Below, in pieces: positions 1-9,092 of a stretch of 64,000 bases of DNA. The stretch spans positions 256,787-320,786 of the forward strand of contig JAZKHE010000004.1 in NCBI GenBank assembly GCA_040385525.1, in the 5' to 3' direction. The stretch comes from Bacteroidota bacterium (lineage in GTDB: Bacteria; Bacteroidota; Bacteroidia; UBA4408). The position numbers were made by a program, and so were the translations under genes. The notes below the pieces were generated by a model. That model did no database searches. It was not told the origin of the DNA and worked only from the letters and a program-made list of their open reading frames with translations. Numbering within the stretch: position 1 is the stretch's first letter; the number at the start of each line of letters is the position of its first letter.

Positions 1-104
1 GTTGCCCACCAACGATTTAAATCGTGTGAAATAGTTCCGGTACCAACTTTACCCAATCTATATTGCTTACCTAAATTCTCAACTTTTATTACTACATCAG
101 CCAT
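1..104 (-). CDS. wzt: ABC transporter ATP-binding protein (polysaccharide/O-antigen export, Wzt/TagH-like), N-terminal fragment running off the window edge
   Basis: The reverse complement of 1-104 translates to MADVVIKVENLGKQYRLGKVGTGTISHDLNRWWA. This is the highly conserved N-terminus of Wzt/TagH/KpsT-type ABC ATPases. Its ATG (complement of 102-104) lies 2 nt after the stop of the upstream permease gene. Confidence 0.7.
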   Translation of the reverse strand, partial: MADVVIKVENLGKQYRLGKVGTGTISHDLNRWWA

Positions 105-106
105 GT

Positions 107-958
107 TTAAACGGTATCCATAAAGGACTTTTCTACTTTATTGAAAATAATAACTGAACAAAATACTAAAACTATCATGAATATAAAACTATAAAAAATG
201 CCTAAACCATTAAAAAAACCAGTACCTAAAAATATAAACCGAAAGGCTTCGATAATTGAGGTTAAAGGATTTAAAAGCATTATTGATTTTATTTTATCAG
301 ACATTGATGATACTGGAATTACAACAGAGCTTCCATACATTAACAATTGAACTCCAAAAGTTACCAAAAAATTTAAATCTCTATATTTTGTAGTTAATGA
401 TGAAATTAAAATTCCAAAGCCTAAACCCAAACCAGCTAGTATAAATACTAGTAAAGGCAAAATCCACATGTAACTCCAATTAGGATGAATATTGTTATCT
501 GTTTGATTTAAATAATAAATCCAAAAAACAAAAAAAATTGTGAGTTGAAGCCCCAGTTTAATAAGATTAGATACTAAAACCGATAGGGGCATTATTAGAC
601 GTGGAAAATAAACTTTTCCAAACACACCTGCATTGGCAATAAAAGTGTTTGATGTTTTAGTGAGGCAATCAGAAAAATACGTCCAAAATGTAATACCTGC
701 CATATAAAACAACATAGGCGGATTACCATCTGTACTTATTTTTGCAATTCGTCCAAAAATAAAAGTAAATGTTATTGATGTTATTAGTGGTTGTATAAAA
801 AACCACAATGGTCCTAAAACAGTTTGTTTATAAAGCGCAACGAAGTCTCTACGAACAAGTAAAAATAGTAAATCTTTATATTTCCAAATAGATTGTAAAT
901 CTACTTGATACCACTTTATTTTTGGTTTTATTATTAAATCCCAATTTTCTTCTTTCAT
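107..958 (-). CDS. wzm: ABC-2 family polysaccharide export permease (Wzm/KpsM/TagG-like)
   Basis: 283-aa protein with 6 predicted TM helices. It has the ABC-2 permease topology and is immediately followed by a Wzt-like ATPase gene. Confidence 0.8.
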   Translation of the reverse strand: MKEENWDLIIKPKIKWYQVDLQSIWKYKDLLFLLVRRDFVALYKQTVLGPLWFFIQPLITSITFTFIFGRIAKISTDGNPPMLFYMAGITFWTYFSDCLTKTSNTFIANAGVFGKVYFPRLIMPLSVLVSNLIKLGLQLTIFFVFWIYYLNQTDNNIHPNWSYMWILPLLVFILAGLGLGFGILISSLTTKYRDLNFLVTFGVQLLMYGSSVVIPVSSMSDKIKSIMLLNPLTSIIEAFRFIFLGTGFFNGLGIFYSFIFMIVLVFCSVIIFNKVEKSFMDTV

Positions 959-985
959 ATAAAATTTAACTCACTTAGGATTTAA

Positions 986-3346
986 CTATTTTTTTGATCT
1001 ATAGCCATAACCATAATTTTTTCCGTAGCCATAGCCGTAGCCATAAGCATATTTATTGTAATAATATTTTGAACTTTTTCTTTTTACTCCATTTAGTAAA
1101 AAGCCAAAATTTTCTATTTTATTATTTTCTATTACTTCCGTAACATCTTTAACAATTTCTTTAGTTGCTAATTTAGGATTTAAAACAAACATAACTATAT
1201 CAGCATGTTTCATTAAAATTAATGAGTCAGAAATTAATCCCAAAGGAGGCGTATCAATTATTACATAATCATAGTTAGAAACACCATATTCTATAATTTT
1301 TTGTAATTCAACAGACAAAATTAAATCGGATGGATTAGGCGGTATTGGACCAGATAATATTACATCTAAATTTTCAATATGTGTAGCTAAAATACAATCC
1401 GCTATATTTTCTTTTCCAGCTAACAACAAACTTAGTCCTTTATCGCTTTTCATATTTAATGCGATTTGAACTTTGGGTTTATGCAAATCAAACTCTAAAA
1501 CCAAAACTTTTTTATTTCCTTTTGCCAAAATAGCAGCTAAATTAACGGAACAAAAGGTTTTACCTTCACCTGGACTGTTAGATGTAACTAATACAACTTT
1601 TCCTTTACTTTCGTGATGAGATGCAACGTAATCCAAATTAGTTCGAACAGTTCTAAACGATTCAGTTAAAGGAGATTTTAAATCTTCTTCAATAACAATG
1701 TAATTTGATTTCCCAAAATCAGAGTACAAAATTTCACCCCAAATTGGGTATTCTGAAATTGCTTTTAACTCATTATACGACTCAATTCTAGAGAAAAACA
1801 AAGTACGTATTGCTATAATTACTGCTGAAAACAAAAAACCTACAATTAAATACATATTGTAAATTTTGCTCTTTTGGGGTTTTACAACACCAATAGATCT
1901 TGGTGATTCTATTACTTTTTTATCAGAAATTATGTTTGCTCTTGCAATAATTGCTGTCGCTCTTTTTTCTAACAAAAACATATACATTTTTTCGTTTACT
2001 TGCTGTTTACGAGTAATATTTAATAAAGCTCTTTGCTTTTTAGGCAGTGTTCTTAACGAATTATAATACTGACCATATTTATCTTTTAATCCGACAATTT
2101 TTTGCTTGATAGCAATTCTTAAATTACTTAAATAAACTAATAAATTCCCTTTTAATTTTTCAATTTGAGAGTCAATTCTATCAATAGCCAAATTCTCTTC
2201 TTTCGAATCATATAAAGCAGAATTTCTATTCATTTGTAAGTTATATAATTCAGAAACGGCGCTTCTTAAAAAAGCATCTGTTGAGTTTACATAAATTGAT
2301 GGAGGCAATAATTCGGGATCCTTTTTTTCAATAATATAATTTTCTAAATCATTTAAAGCTCCAATTTGTAAATCGTATAAATTAATTTCTGAATCATAAG
2401 AATCCAATTTCGAATAATAATTTCCCTCTTCTCTACCTAAGTTTAGAATAGCTTTATCGTCTTTAAAATTCTCTAAATAAGTTTCAATTGAATCTAAAAT
2501 GTAAATAATTTCATCAAGCTGTTTGTCAATATATTTAACCGTATTATCGTTAATTGCAATTTGACTTTGCAATGAATATTCTATGTAATCTTTACACAAA
2601 GTATCTAAAAAAGCTACTGCTCGTTCAGGAATTTCATCATCAATACGAAGGGCTAATATATTGGTATATTCTTCATTAGTTACTACTAAATCGCGAGAGT
2701 ATTTAGACACGAGTTTAGTAGGATTAATAATTTTGAAAAAATAATCCAATTCCTTGGTTTTATCAATTGTTAAATCATTTATTATTCCTGTCGATTGAAC
2801 ATTCAGTTTGAAATCATTTGTAATTAAATCTTTATCAAAAAAACCCTCAATTTCTTTTTGTTTACCATTTACATCATAACTTATTTTATATTTTTTTGTG
2901 CTTAATATTTTAAATTTTATTGGTAAACCATAGAGAGATGTAGATGAATTTAAAACTTTAATTCTAAACGGAACTCCTTTGTATACCTCAGTTGTTTTTA
3001 ATCGTCCTACTAAAAAATAGGAAACATCCATATCTAATTTACTAACTACGGTTTTAATTAAATTGGCCGATTTAATTACCTTCATTTGATTAGAAGTTTC
3101 CTGAAATTGACCATAATCAAACCCAATTACAGATTTAACCTGATAAGTTTCGTTGCTTTTTAATAAAATTTGAGCCGAAGCTCCATAAATATCAACGAGT
3201 TTGCTTACGTAAACATAAGCTACTCCAAACGATAATGTACAAAAAATGATAGGTAAATACCAATTTTTTGTAACAATTTTCCAAACCATTTGTATATCGT
3301 TTGGGTTTATTAAGGCTTTAGATTTTGATTTTAACTGTTTTTGCAT
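986..3346 (-). CDS. wzc: Polysaccharide biosynthesis tyrosine autokinase (PCP-2a / Wzc family; chain-length determinant + BY-kinase)
   Basis: 786 aa with an N-terminal TM, a long periplasmic Wzz-like region and a second TM. The cytoplasmic P-loop domain carries Walker A SNSPGEGKTFCSVNLAAILA. The C-terminal tyrosine cluster is YYYNKYAYGYGYGYGKNYGYGY. Confidence 0.85.
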   Translation of the reverse strand: MQKQLKSKSKALINPNDIQMVWKIVTKNWYLPIIFCTLSFGVAYVYVSKLVDIYGASAQILLKSNETYQVKSVIGFDYGQFQETSNQMKVIKSANLIKTVVSKLDMDVSYFLVGRLKTTEVYKGVPFRIKVLNSSTSLYGLPIKFKILSTKKYKISYDVNGKQKEIEGFFDKDLITNDFKLNVQSTGIINDLTIDKTKELDYFFKIINPTKLVSKYSRDLVVTNEEYTNILALRIDDEIPERAVAFLDTLCKDYIEYSLQSQIAINDNTVKYIDKQLDEIIYILDSIETYLENFKDDKAILNLGREEGNYYSKLDSYDSEINLYDLQIGALNDLENYIIEKKDPELLPPSIYVNSTDAFLRSAVSELYNLQMNRNSALYDSKEENLAIDRIDSQIEKLKGNLLVYLSNLRIAIKQKIVGLKDKYGQYYNSLRTLPKKQRALLNITRKQQVNEKMYMFLLEKRATAIIARANIISDKKVIESPRSIGVVKPQKSKIYNMYLIVGFLFSAVIIAIRTLFFSRIESYNELKAISEYPIWGEILYSDFGKSNYIVIEEDLKSPLTESFRTVRTNLDYVASHHESKGKVVLVTSNSPGEGKTFCSVNLAAILAKGNKKVLVLEFDLHKPKVQIALNMKSDKGLSLLLAGKENIADCILATHIENLDVILSGPIPPNPSDLILSVELQKIIEYGVSNYDYVIIDTPPLGLISDSLILMKHADIVMFVLNPKLATKEIVKDVTEVIENNKIENFGFLLNGVKRKSSKYYYNKYAYGYGYGYGKNYGYGYRSKK

Positions 3347-3476
3347 ACTTTTACTTTCACAAGCAAATTTAAGTTATTTATTGTTTATATCTTTAAAAAA
3401 ATAAATTTGATTTCTGTCAAACTTTAACTAAATTTGCTATTATACATATTTCTGCATGTTAACTAAATAATTTAAA

Positions 3477-6400
3477 ATGAGAAAAATTATATTCTTTTTT
3501 GTTTCAGTTTTGAAATTTAGTTGGCTAATGGCGCAAACAGGTCCTGGTGGAGTTGGTAATAATACCACCAACAGAATTTGGTTTGATGCACAACAACAAA
3601 ACCTAGTAAATAATGCATCAGTAGCTTCTATTGTAGATTTTTCAGGTAATAATAATAACGCTGGAGCACCAACTGCTGCTAAGAGACCTAAATTCATTAC
3701 AAACCAATCTAACGCTCAACCTACATTTCGTTTTGATGGCACTGATGATATTGTTAGAACTGGAGCTATTTCAAATTTAAACACTAGTACAATTAGTTGG
3801 TTTACTGTAATGAAATCTCCAACGGTAACTTATACAGGCACAGTAATGTCTAATGTTTATACAGGAGGTGCTGGTGTTGGAAGTGCTGCTTTATGGGGAA
3901 CTTACATTAATACTAGTAATAGTCAATACAATTCAAGTACACGCAGTGGTACTGGAACATCAATTAACAACTCGTTAGGTTATAATTCCAATTTTAATTT
4001 TTCAGAAAATATTTGGAATGGAGCTACAGATAATTTTACTAGTTTCTTAAATGGAAATTTTATCGCCTCAAAAGGAGGCGCTTCAGCACTCCCAAGTGGC
4101 CATACTGTAACTGCAATTGGAGGAAGAACTAATTCTACTCCAGCTTATAATTTTAATGGAGATATAGCTGAGATTATAGTATTTACTTCTGTAGTTAATA
4201 CTACTGAGCGAAGAATAATTGAAAATTATTTAGGCAATAAATACAACATTACTTTCTCAGGTGATTTATATGCTTATGAAGCTACTCATCAATATGGAAT
4301 TGCAGGAATTGGCCAAACAAGTGCGGCGGATAATCATTTAGATTCTAGAGGTACATCAACAGTTCGAATTTCTAACCCATCTTCAATTAACGATGGTGAA
4401 TTTATGTTTTGGGGACATAACAATGGCGCTGTTTCAATATCTAATTCAGAAGTTCCTCCTACTATCGTTACAAGATATCCTAGAGAATGGAGGGTTACTA
4501 AAACAGGTGATGCTGGAACAGTAACAATTGAATTTGATGTGACAACTTTTCCATTACCTGATGCAGGAAGATATCTTTTAATGGTAGACGCTGATGGAGA
4601 TTTTACAAACGCTACTTTAAGTTCTGAAGTTGCTGCAGTTGGAGGGATGGTTACTTTTACAAATGTAACTTTAAACGATGGTGATTTTTTTACTTTAGGT
4701 AATAAAGGTGATATTGAAAGTATAACAGATGGCTCATGGCAAACACCAGCTACGTGGAATTGTACTTGTATCCCTGCACTTACTTCAAACGTAACTATTA
4801 AAAATCCGCACACTGTTACAATTGATGGTATCTCTTTTTCGAGAAATTTAACCATTGAAAACGGAGCAACTTTAACATTTAATACCTCAGATATTTTATC
4901 AATTACAGGTAGTTTTGTTAACAGCGGAACATTTAATGCTGGTATTGGTATAACTGAATTTGCAGGCTCAAATAATCAAACAATTGGAGGAACAACAATA
5001 ACAACATTTTCAACAATACATATAAATAATGGAAATGCACTTCAATTATTAACGAATTCAGCAATAACAAACCAACTTTTATTTACTAGCGGTAATTTTG
5101 ATGCTGGAGTTGTTGATATGACTTTAATTTCTAACGCAAGTGGAACTGCACAAATAGGTATAGTACCTGGCGCTTCTACAATTAGTGGTAACTTTATTAT
5201 ACAACGATTTGTGCCAGGCGGAAATGCTTATTGGGATTATTTAGCAAGCCCAGTTCAATCTACAACACTTGTTGATTGGGATAACGAATTAATAATGAGT
5301 GTACCTAATGGTGCTGATGGAACAGCTTGGGGAACAAATACAACATTAAATAATTCGGTAAAAACATATAACGAAGCTACAAATACTAGCGTAGGAATTG
5401 CTTCTGTTAACTCAACATTACTTCCAACTCAAGGTTTCCAAGTTTTTTTAGGTGATAATCTTAACACCTTCGCATCAAGAACTTTTGATACTAGAGGAAT
5501 ACCTTCTCATGGAAACATCCCAAAAGCATTGAATTTTACCGATGCAGCACATGGTTATAATTTAATTGGTAATCCATATGCAAGTGATGTTAGCTGGGCA
5601 AGTCTTTTTGCTGCTTCAACTAATATTCAAAATCAGTATTTTATTTACGATAAAACTATTAAAAACTTTAAAACATTTGTTGGTGCTGGCACAATACCTT
5701 CATCTCAAGGTTTTATGATAAGAGCTACAGCACCCGGAGCACAAGTAAACTTTAGCGAATTAACTAAAGTTTCTGGGAGCGCAACTTGGACTCGCCCAAC
5801 AAATCCTAATTTTTCTTTAAATTTAAGAGTTACAGAAAAAGATAATGTTTATGGTGGTTTTGTCGCTGTTAAATCTGATATTAACTCTATTGATGAATTA
5901 GACGAATTAGATGGTGGATACATTGAAAATGATTTTGATGAAGACTCACCAAACATTTATACTCAAATTGAAAACGAAAAACTTCAAATCAATTCAATAC
6001 GTGAAGATGATTTTTCAAAACAAATAGGTGTTTTTGTTAAAGCTAACCGGAACGGAACTTTAATCATCACTTCAGATATAATTAACAATAGCACTGATTA
6101 TTCTAACATTTATTTAGAAGATGTTGAGAACAACAAAATTGTTGACTTAAAAAATAATAACGCTTACGAATTTGAGATTACCGATAAAGAAACAAGAAAA
6201 CAATTTGTTTTACATTTAAATAAAAATAATACTGTAAATCCTTTATCATCTAAAAATCAATCAATAGGAAACAATATAATTTTTATTAATAGTTCAGATA
6301 ATTGCGGTTTAATAGTAAGTAGCGAAAAACCTGCTTTAGCTACAATTGTTGTAACTAATATGTTAGGTCAGGAAGTTATTAAAACAGAAACAAGAGAAAT

Positions 6401-6503
6401 TTTAGAACCAACTAAAGTTTTATTAAATTTGCCAAACAATTCAATGTACTTAGTTAAAGTTACTATTGGTGATTCAGTTTACACAAATAAAGTGATTAGA
6501 TAA
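3477..6503 (+). CDS. Secreted T9SS cargo protein with LamG/ConA-like N-terminal region and Por-secretion-system C-terminal sorting domain
   Basis: Signal peptide MRKIIFFFVSVLKFSWLMAQ. The protein is 1008 aa and Asn/Thr/Gly-rich, typical of beta-rich surface proteins. The C-terminal ~80 aa ends ...SMYLVKVTIGDSVYTNKVIR, the usual T9SS type-A CTD pattern. Confidence 0.6.
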   Translation: MRKIIFFFVSVLKFSWLMAQTGPGGVGNNTTNRIWFDAQQQNLVNNASVASIVDFSGNNNNAGAPTAAKRPKFITNQSNAQPTFRFDGTDDIVRTGAISNLNTSTISWFTVMKSPTVTYTGTVMSNVYTGGAGVGSAALWGTYINTSNSQYNSSTRSGTGTSINNSLGYNSNFNFSENIWNGATDNFTSFLNGNFIASKGGASALPSGHTVTAIGGRTNSTPAYNFNGDIAEIIVFTSVVNTTERRIIENYLGNKYNITFSGDLYAYEATHQYGIAGIGQTSAADNHLDSRGTSTVRISNPSSINDGEFMFWGHNNGAVSISNSEVPPTIVTRYPREWRVTKTGDAGTVTIEFDVTTFPLPDAGRYLLMVDADGDFTNATLSSEVAAVGGMVTFTNVTLNDGDFFTLGNKGDIESITDGSWQTPATWNCTCIPALTSNVTIKNPHTVTIDGISFSRNLTIENGATLTFNTSDILSITGSFVNSGTFNAGIGITEFAGSNNQTIGGTTITTFSTIHINNGNALQLLTNSAITNQLLFTSGNFDAGVVDMTLISNASGTAQIGIVPGASTISGNFIIQRFVPGGNAYWDYLASPVQSTTLVDWDNELIMSVPNGADGTAWGTNTTLNNSVKTYNEATNTSVGIASVNSTLLPTQGFQVFLGDNLNTFASRTFDTRGIPSHGNIPKALNFTDAAHGYNLIGNPYASDVSWASLFAASTNIQNQYFIYDKTIKNFKTFVGAGTIPSSQGFMIRATAPGAQVNFSELTKVSGSATWTRPTNPNFSLNLRVTEKDNVYGGFVAVKSDINSIDELDELDGGYIENDFDEDSPNIYTQIENEKLQINSIREDDFSKQIGVFVKANRNGTLIITSDIINNSTDYSNIYLEDVENNKIVDLKNNNAYEFEITDKETRKQFVLHLNKNNTVNPLSSKNQSIGNNIIFINSSDNCGLIVSSEKPALATIVVTNMLGQEVIKTETREILEPTKVLLNLPNNSMYLVKVTIGDSVYTNKVIR

Positions 6504-6510
6504 TACAATT

Positions 6511-6726
6511 ATGTTTAAAAAAGTTTTTTATACTGCCGTTTTAATTTTAGGAGCAAAGTTAAGTTTCGCCCAACCCCCACTTCCAGATCCAATTTCTGGG
6601 TGTTGGCCTCCACCATGTGTCCCAATTGATGGTGGAATTTCGTTTTTACTTATTGCAGGTGCTGCATATGGCGGAAAAAAAATATACGAAAACAGAAAAA
6701 AAAATACCAGTATTAATAACGATTAA
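6511..6726 (+). CDS. Small PID-CTERM-type exosortase-F substrate (signal peptide + sorting tripartite tail only)
   Basis: 71 aa. A signal peptide (MFKKVFYTAVLILGAKLSFAQ) is followed by a Pro/Cys-rich spacer and the motif CVPIDGG. A hydrophobic helix ISFLLIAGAAYGG and a basic cluster KKIYENRKKN follow. This is the PEP-CTERM-like tripartite architecture (motif-TM-basic) and matches a PID-type signal. The XrtF gene starts 4 nt downstream. Confidence 0.5.
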   Translation: MFKKVFYTAVLILGAKLSFAQPPLPDPISGCWPPPCVPIDGGISFLLIAGAAYGGKKIYENRKKNTSINND

Positions 6727-6729
6727 ATA

Positions 6730-7257
6730 GTGTTTACTATTCATAAAAATCCAACGATTGCCTTTTTTATAAAGGCAATCGTTTTTTATATAAGTTGGTT
6801 TTTAGTATACGAACTTTGGCTACATCCAAAAGGTATTTTTGATGCAGCAGTTATTAATAACTTAGTAGATTCGAGTTCAACACTATTAAAATGGTTTGGA
6901 TTTAACCTTATGCCCGAACCCGATAGTGATAACATAAGAACAATTGGAATCGATGGCACACATGGGGTTTGGATAGGTGACCCTTGCAACGGTCTGACCT
7001 TATTTGCGCTTTTTGTTGGTTTTATAATTTCTTTTCCTGGCCCTATAAAACATAAGCTATGGTACATTCCTGCTGGAATTATTTTAATACATTTTTTAAA
7101 TATTTTAAGAATTGTTGCACTTTCTATAATATCGTTTAAAGCTCCTGAACTACTATCATTCAATCATACCTACACTTTTACAATTATTGTTTACGGAATT
7201 GTTTTTGTTCTTTGGATGGTGTGGGTAAATAAATTTTCGAAACTTGAAAAAAAATAA
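6730..7257 (+). CDS. xrtF: Exosortase family protein XrtF
   Basis: 175-aa polytopic membrane protein. It carries the exosortase catalytic-Cys motif (GDPCNGLTLF, compare ACSGLRS in EpsH/XrtA) and the conserved Asn-x-x-Arg motif (NILRIVALS). The size matches the short XrtF subfamily found in Flavobacteriia. Confidence 0.6.
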   Translation: MFTIHKNPTIAFFIKAIVFYISWFLVYELWLHPKGIFDAAVINNLVDSSSTLLKWFGFNLMPEPDSDNIRTIGIDGTHGVWIGDPCNGLTLFALFVGFIISFPGPIKHKLWYIPAGIILIHFLNILRIVALSIISFKAPELLSFNHTYTFTIIVYGIVFVLWMVWVNKFSKLEKK

Positions 7258-7723
7258 AATTCAACTACTTTTATTTTCCTTACTACTTATTTTCATTGGT
7301 TTTTTAAGAGAATACCTATTTGTAAGTATTAATTTAAGAATTCAGCAGATTTATTATAACAGTAATGAAAATGTAAATTTAATACCTGATTGGATTCAAT
7401 ACATTTCTCATTTAAACTATAGTGAATTACTCATTTTAAAATGGGTATTAACATTTATTTTCATCGTAGCCTTTTGGCTTGTTGCAATTTTGATTTTCAA
7501 AAAATTTTCTTTCGATAAAAAAGACATTAAACTCTTTTCAATAGTCTTAGTTACATTGCTAATAGCATCACTTTTATTCTATTGGATTGGAGATTCTTTA
7601 TTTAATAAAGAGTACTTTGGCTACAAAATTGCGAGATCAATTACTGGATTTCTTCAATCACCATTACCTATCTTAATTTATATTGCTTTTGTTTATTCAA
7701 TAAAAAAACAAAGCAAACACTAA
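7244..7723 (+). CDS. Exosortase F system-associated membrane protein
   Basis: 159-aa membrane protein with 4 TM helices. It overlaps the xrtF stop by 14 nt. The position and size match the conserved XrtF partner gene of Flavobacteriia. Confidence 0.45.
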   Translation: MKKNKIQLLLFSLLLIFIGFLREYLFVSINLRIQQIYYNSNENVNLIPDWIQYISHLNYSELLILKWVLTFIFIVAFWLVAILIFKKFSFDKKDIKLFSIVLVTLLIASLLFYWIGDSLFNKEYFGYKIARSITGFLQSPLPILIYIAFVYSIKKQSKH

Positions 7724-7764
7724 ATATATTGAAGATATATTTTCTAGTTAAAGTCTATAATTAG

Positions 7765-7772
7765 TATATTTG
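7765..7772 (+). promoter_or_regulatory. Bacteroidota sigma-A -7 box (TAtaTTTG) upstream of glyA
   Basis: Matches the TAnnTTTG consensus. It lies 34 nt upstream of the glyA ATG in an AT-rich intergenic region. Confidence 0.3.
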
Positions 7773-7806
7773 AACACTAAATAAACACCCTCAATATTTA
7801 TTTCTT

Positions 7807-9081
7807 ATGATAAAAGACACTACTATTTTTAATTTAATTAACGAAGAAAAACATCGTCAAGTAAATGGTTTAGAGTTAATCGCTTCCGAAAATTTTGTAA
7901 GCGATCAAGTTATGCAAGCAATGGGTTCTGTTTTAACAAACAAATATGCTGAGGGTTTACCAAACAAAAGATATTACGGTGGTTGCGAAGTTGTTGATAA
8001 AGTAGAACAATTAGCAATAGATAGAGTTAAACAATTATTTGGTGCAGCGTGGGCAAATGTTCAACCTCACTCGGGTGCGCAAGCAAATGCAGCTGTAATG
8101 CTTGCCGTTTTAAAACCAGGCGATACAATTTTAGGATTTGATTTATCACATGGTGGTCACTTAACACATGGATCTCCTGTTAATTTTTCAGGTAAATTAT
8201 ACAGAGCTACTTTTTATGGTGTAGAAAAAGAAACGGGTAGAATTGATTACAATAAAGTAGAAGAAACTGCACAAAAAGAAAAGCCAAAATTATTAATTTG
8301 CGGCGCATCATCTTATTCTAGAGATTGGGATTACGAACGTTTAAGAAAAATTGCAGATAGTGTTGGTGCTTTATTAATGGCAGATGTATCACATCCAGCA
8401 GGCTTAATAGCAAAAGGTTTATTAAACAATCCAATGCCACATTGCCACATTGTTACAACAACAACGCACAAAACATTACGCGGACCAAGAGGTGGTTTAA
8501 TTATGATGGGAAAAGATTTTCCAAATCCATTTGGAATAACAACTCCTAAAGGAGAAGTTAGAATGATGTCTTCTTTATTAGATTCAGGCGTGTTTCCTGG
8601 TACACAAGGCGGACCATTAGAACATGTAATTGCAGCAAAAGCTGTTGCATTTGGCGAAGCATTAGAAGATTCTTTTAAAGATTACGGCGTTCAGGTAATG
8701 AAAAATGCAAAAGTAATGGCACAAGCATTTGTTGATAAAGGGTACGGAGTAATTTCAGGAGGAACAGAAAACCACTGTATGCTTATTGATTTGCGTTCTA
8801 AAAATATTTCGGGTAAAGAAGCTGAGAATTTATTAGTAAAAGCAGATATAACAGTAAACAAAAATATGGTTCCTTTTGATGATAAATCTCCAATGGTTAC
8901 ATCAGGTATTAGATTAGGAACAGCTGCTATTACAACAAGAGGTATTAAAGAAGATAAAATTAATTACATAGTTGAATTAATTGACGAAGTAATTATGAAT
9001 AGAGAAAATGCAACTATAGTAGAGTCTGTTAAAAACAAAGTAAATGCATTAATGAAAGATTTGCCTTTATTTGGTTGGTAG
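7807..9081 (+). CDS. glyA: Serine hydroxymethyltransferase
   Basis: 424 aa. Canonical SHMT sequence throughout, for example [10 protein letters not shown] and the PLP-lysine region [14 protein letters not shown]. Confidence 0.95.
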   Translation: MIKDTTIFNLINEEKHRQVNGLELIASENFVSDQVMQAMGSVLTNKYAEGLPNKRYYGGCEVVDKVEQLAIDRVKQLFGAAWANVQPHSGAQANAAVMLAVLKPGDTILGFDLSHGGHLTHGSPVNFSGKLYRATFYGVEKETGRIDYNKVEETAQKEKPKLLICGASSYSRDWDYERLRKIADSVGALLMADVSHPAGLIAKGLLNNPMPHCHIVTTTTHKTLRGPRGGLIMMGKDFPNPFGITTPKGEVRMMSSLLDSGVFPGTQGGPLEHVIAAKAVAFGEALEDSFKDYGVQVMKNAKVMAQAFVDKGYGVISGGTENHCMLIDLRSKNISGKEAENLLVKADITVNKNMVPFDDKSPMVTSGIRLGTAAITTRGIKEDKINYIVELIDEVIMNRENATIVESVKNKVNALMKDLPLFGW

Positions 9082-9092
9082 AAGTTAATGGT

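Noticed and set aside
1866-2066. 66-aa plus-strand ORF inside wzc
   Set aside because: It is entirely antisense-embedded in a well-supported 786-aa BY-kinase gene. It has no motif and is hydrophobic low-complexity, so it is a typical shadow ORF.
3440-3697. 85-aa minus-strand ORF spanning the wzc/T9SS divergent promoter and the start of the T9SS gene
   Set aside because: It overlaps the signal-peptide-encoding start of a strongly supported gene on the opposite strand and the AT-rich promoter region. No conserved features were seen.
4334-4855. 173-aa minus-strand ORF inside the 1008-aa T9SS cargo gene
   Set aside because: Antisense shadow ORF of a Thr/Asn/Gly-rich gene with no independent signals. 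The same reasoning applies to 6786-7163, 14037-14384, 14968-15372, 16767-17081, 17654-17909, 18855-19073, 22329-22514, 23453-23845, 26551-26772, 27669-27866, 31065-31896, 32499-32783, 36485-36842, 40278-40463, 41277-41471, 42497-43339, 44738-45358, 48182-48382, 49832-50014, 51564-52071, 56107-56337, 58929-59868, 60845-61192, 62565-62846 and 63311-63508.
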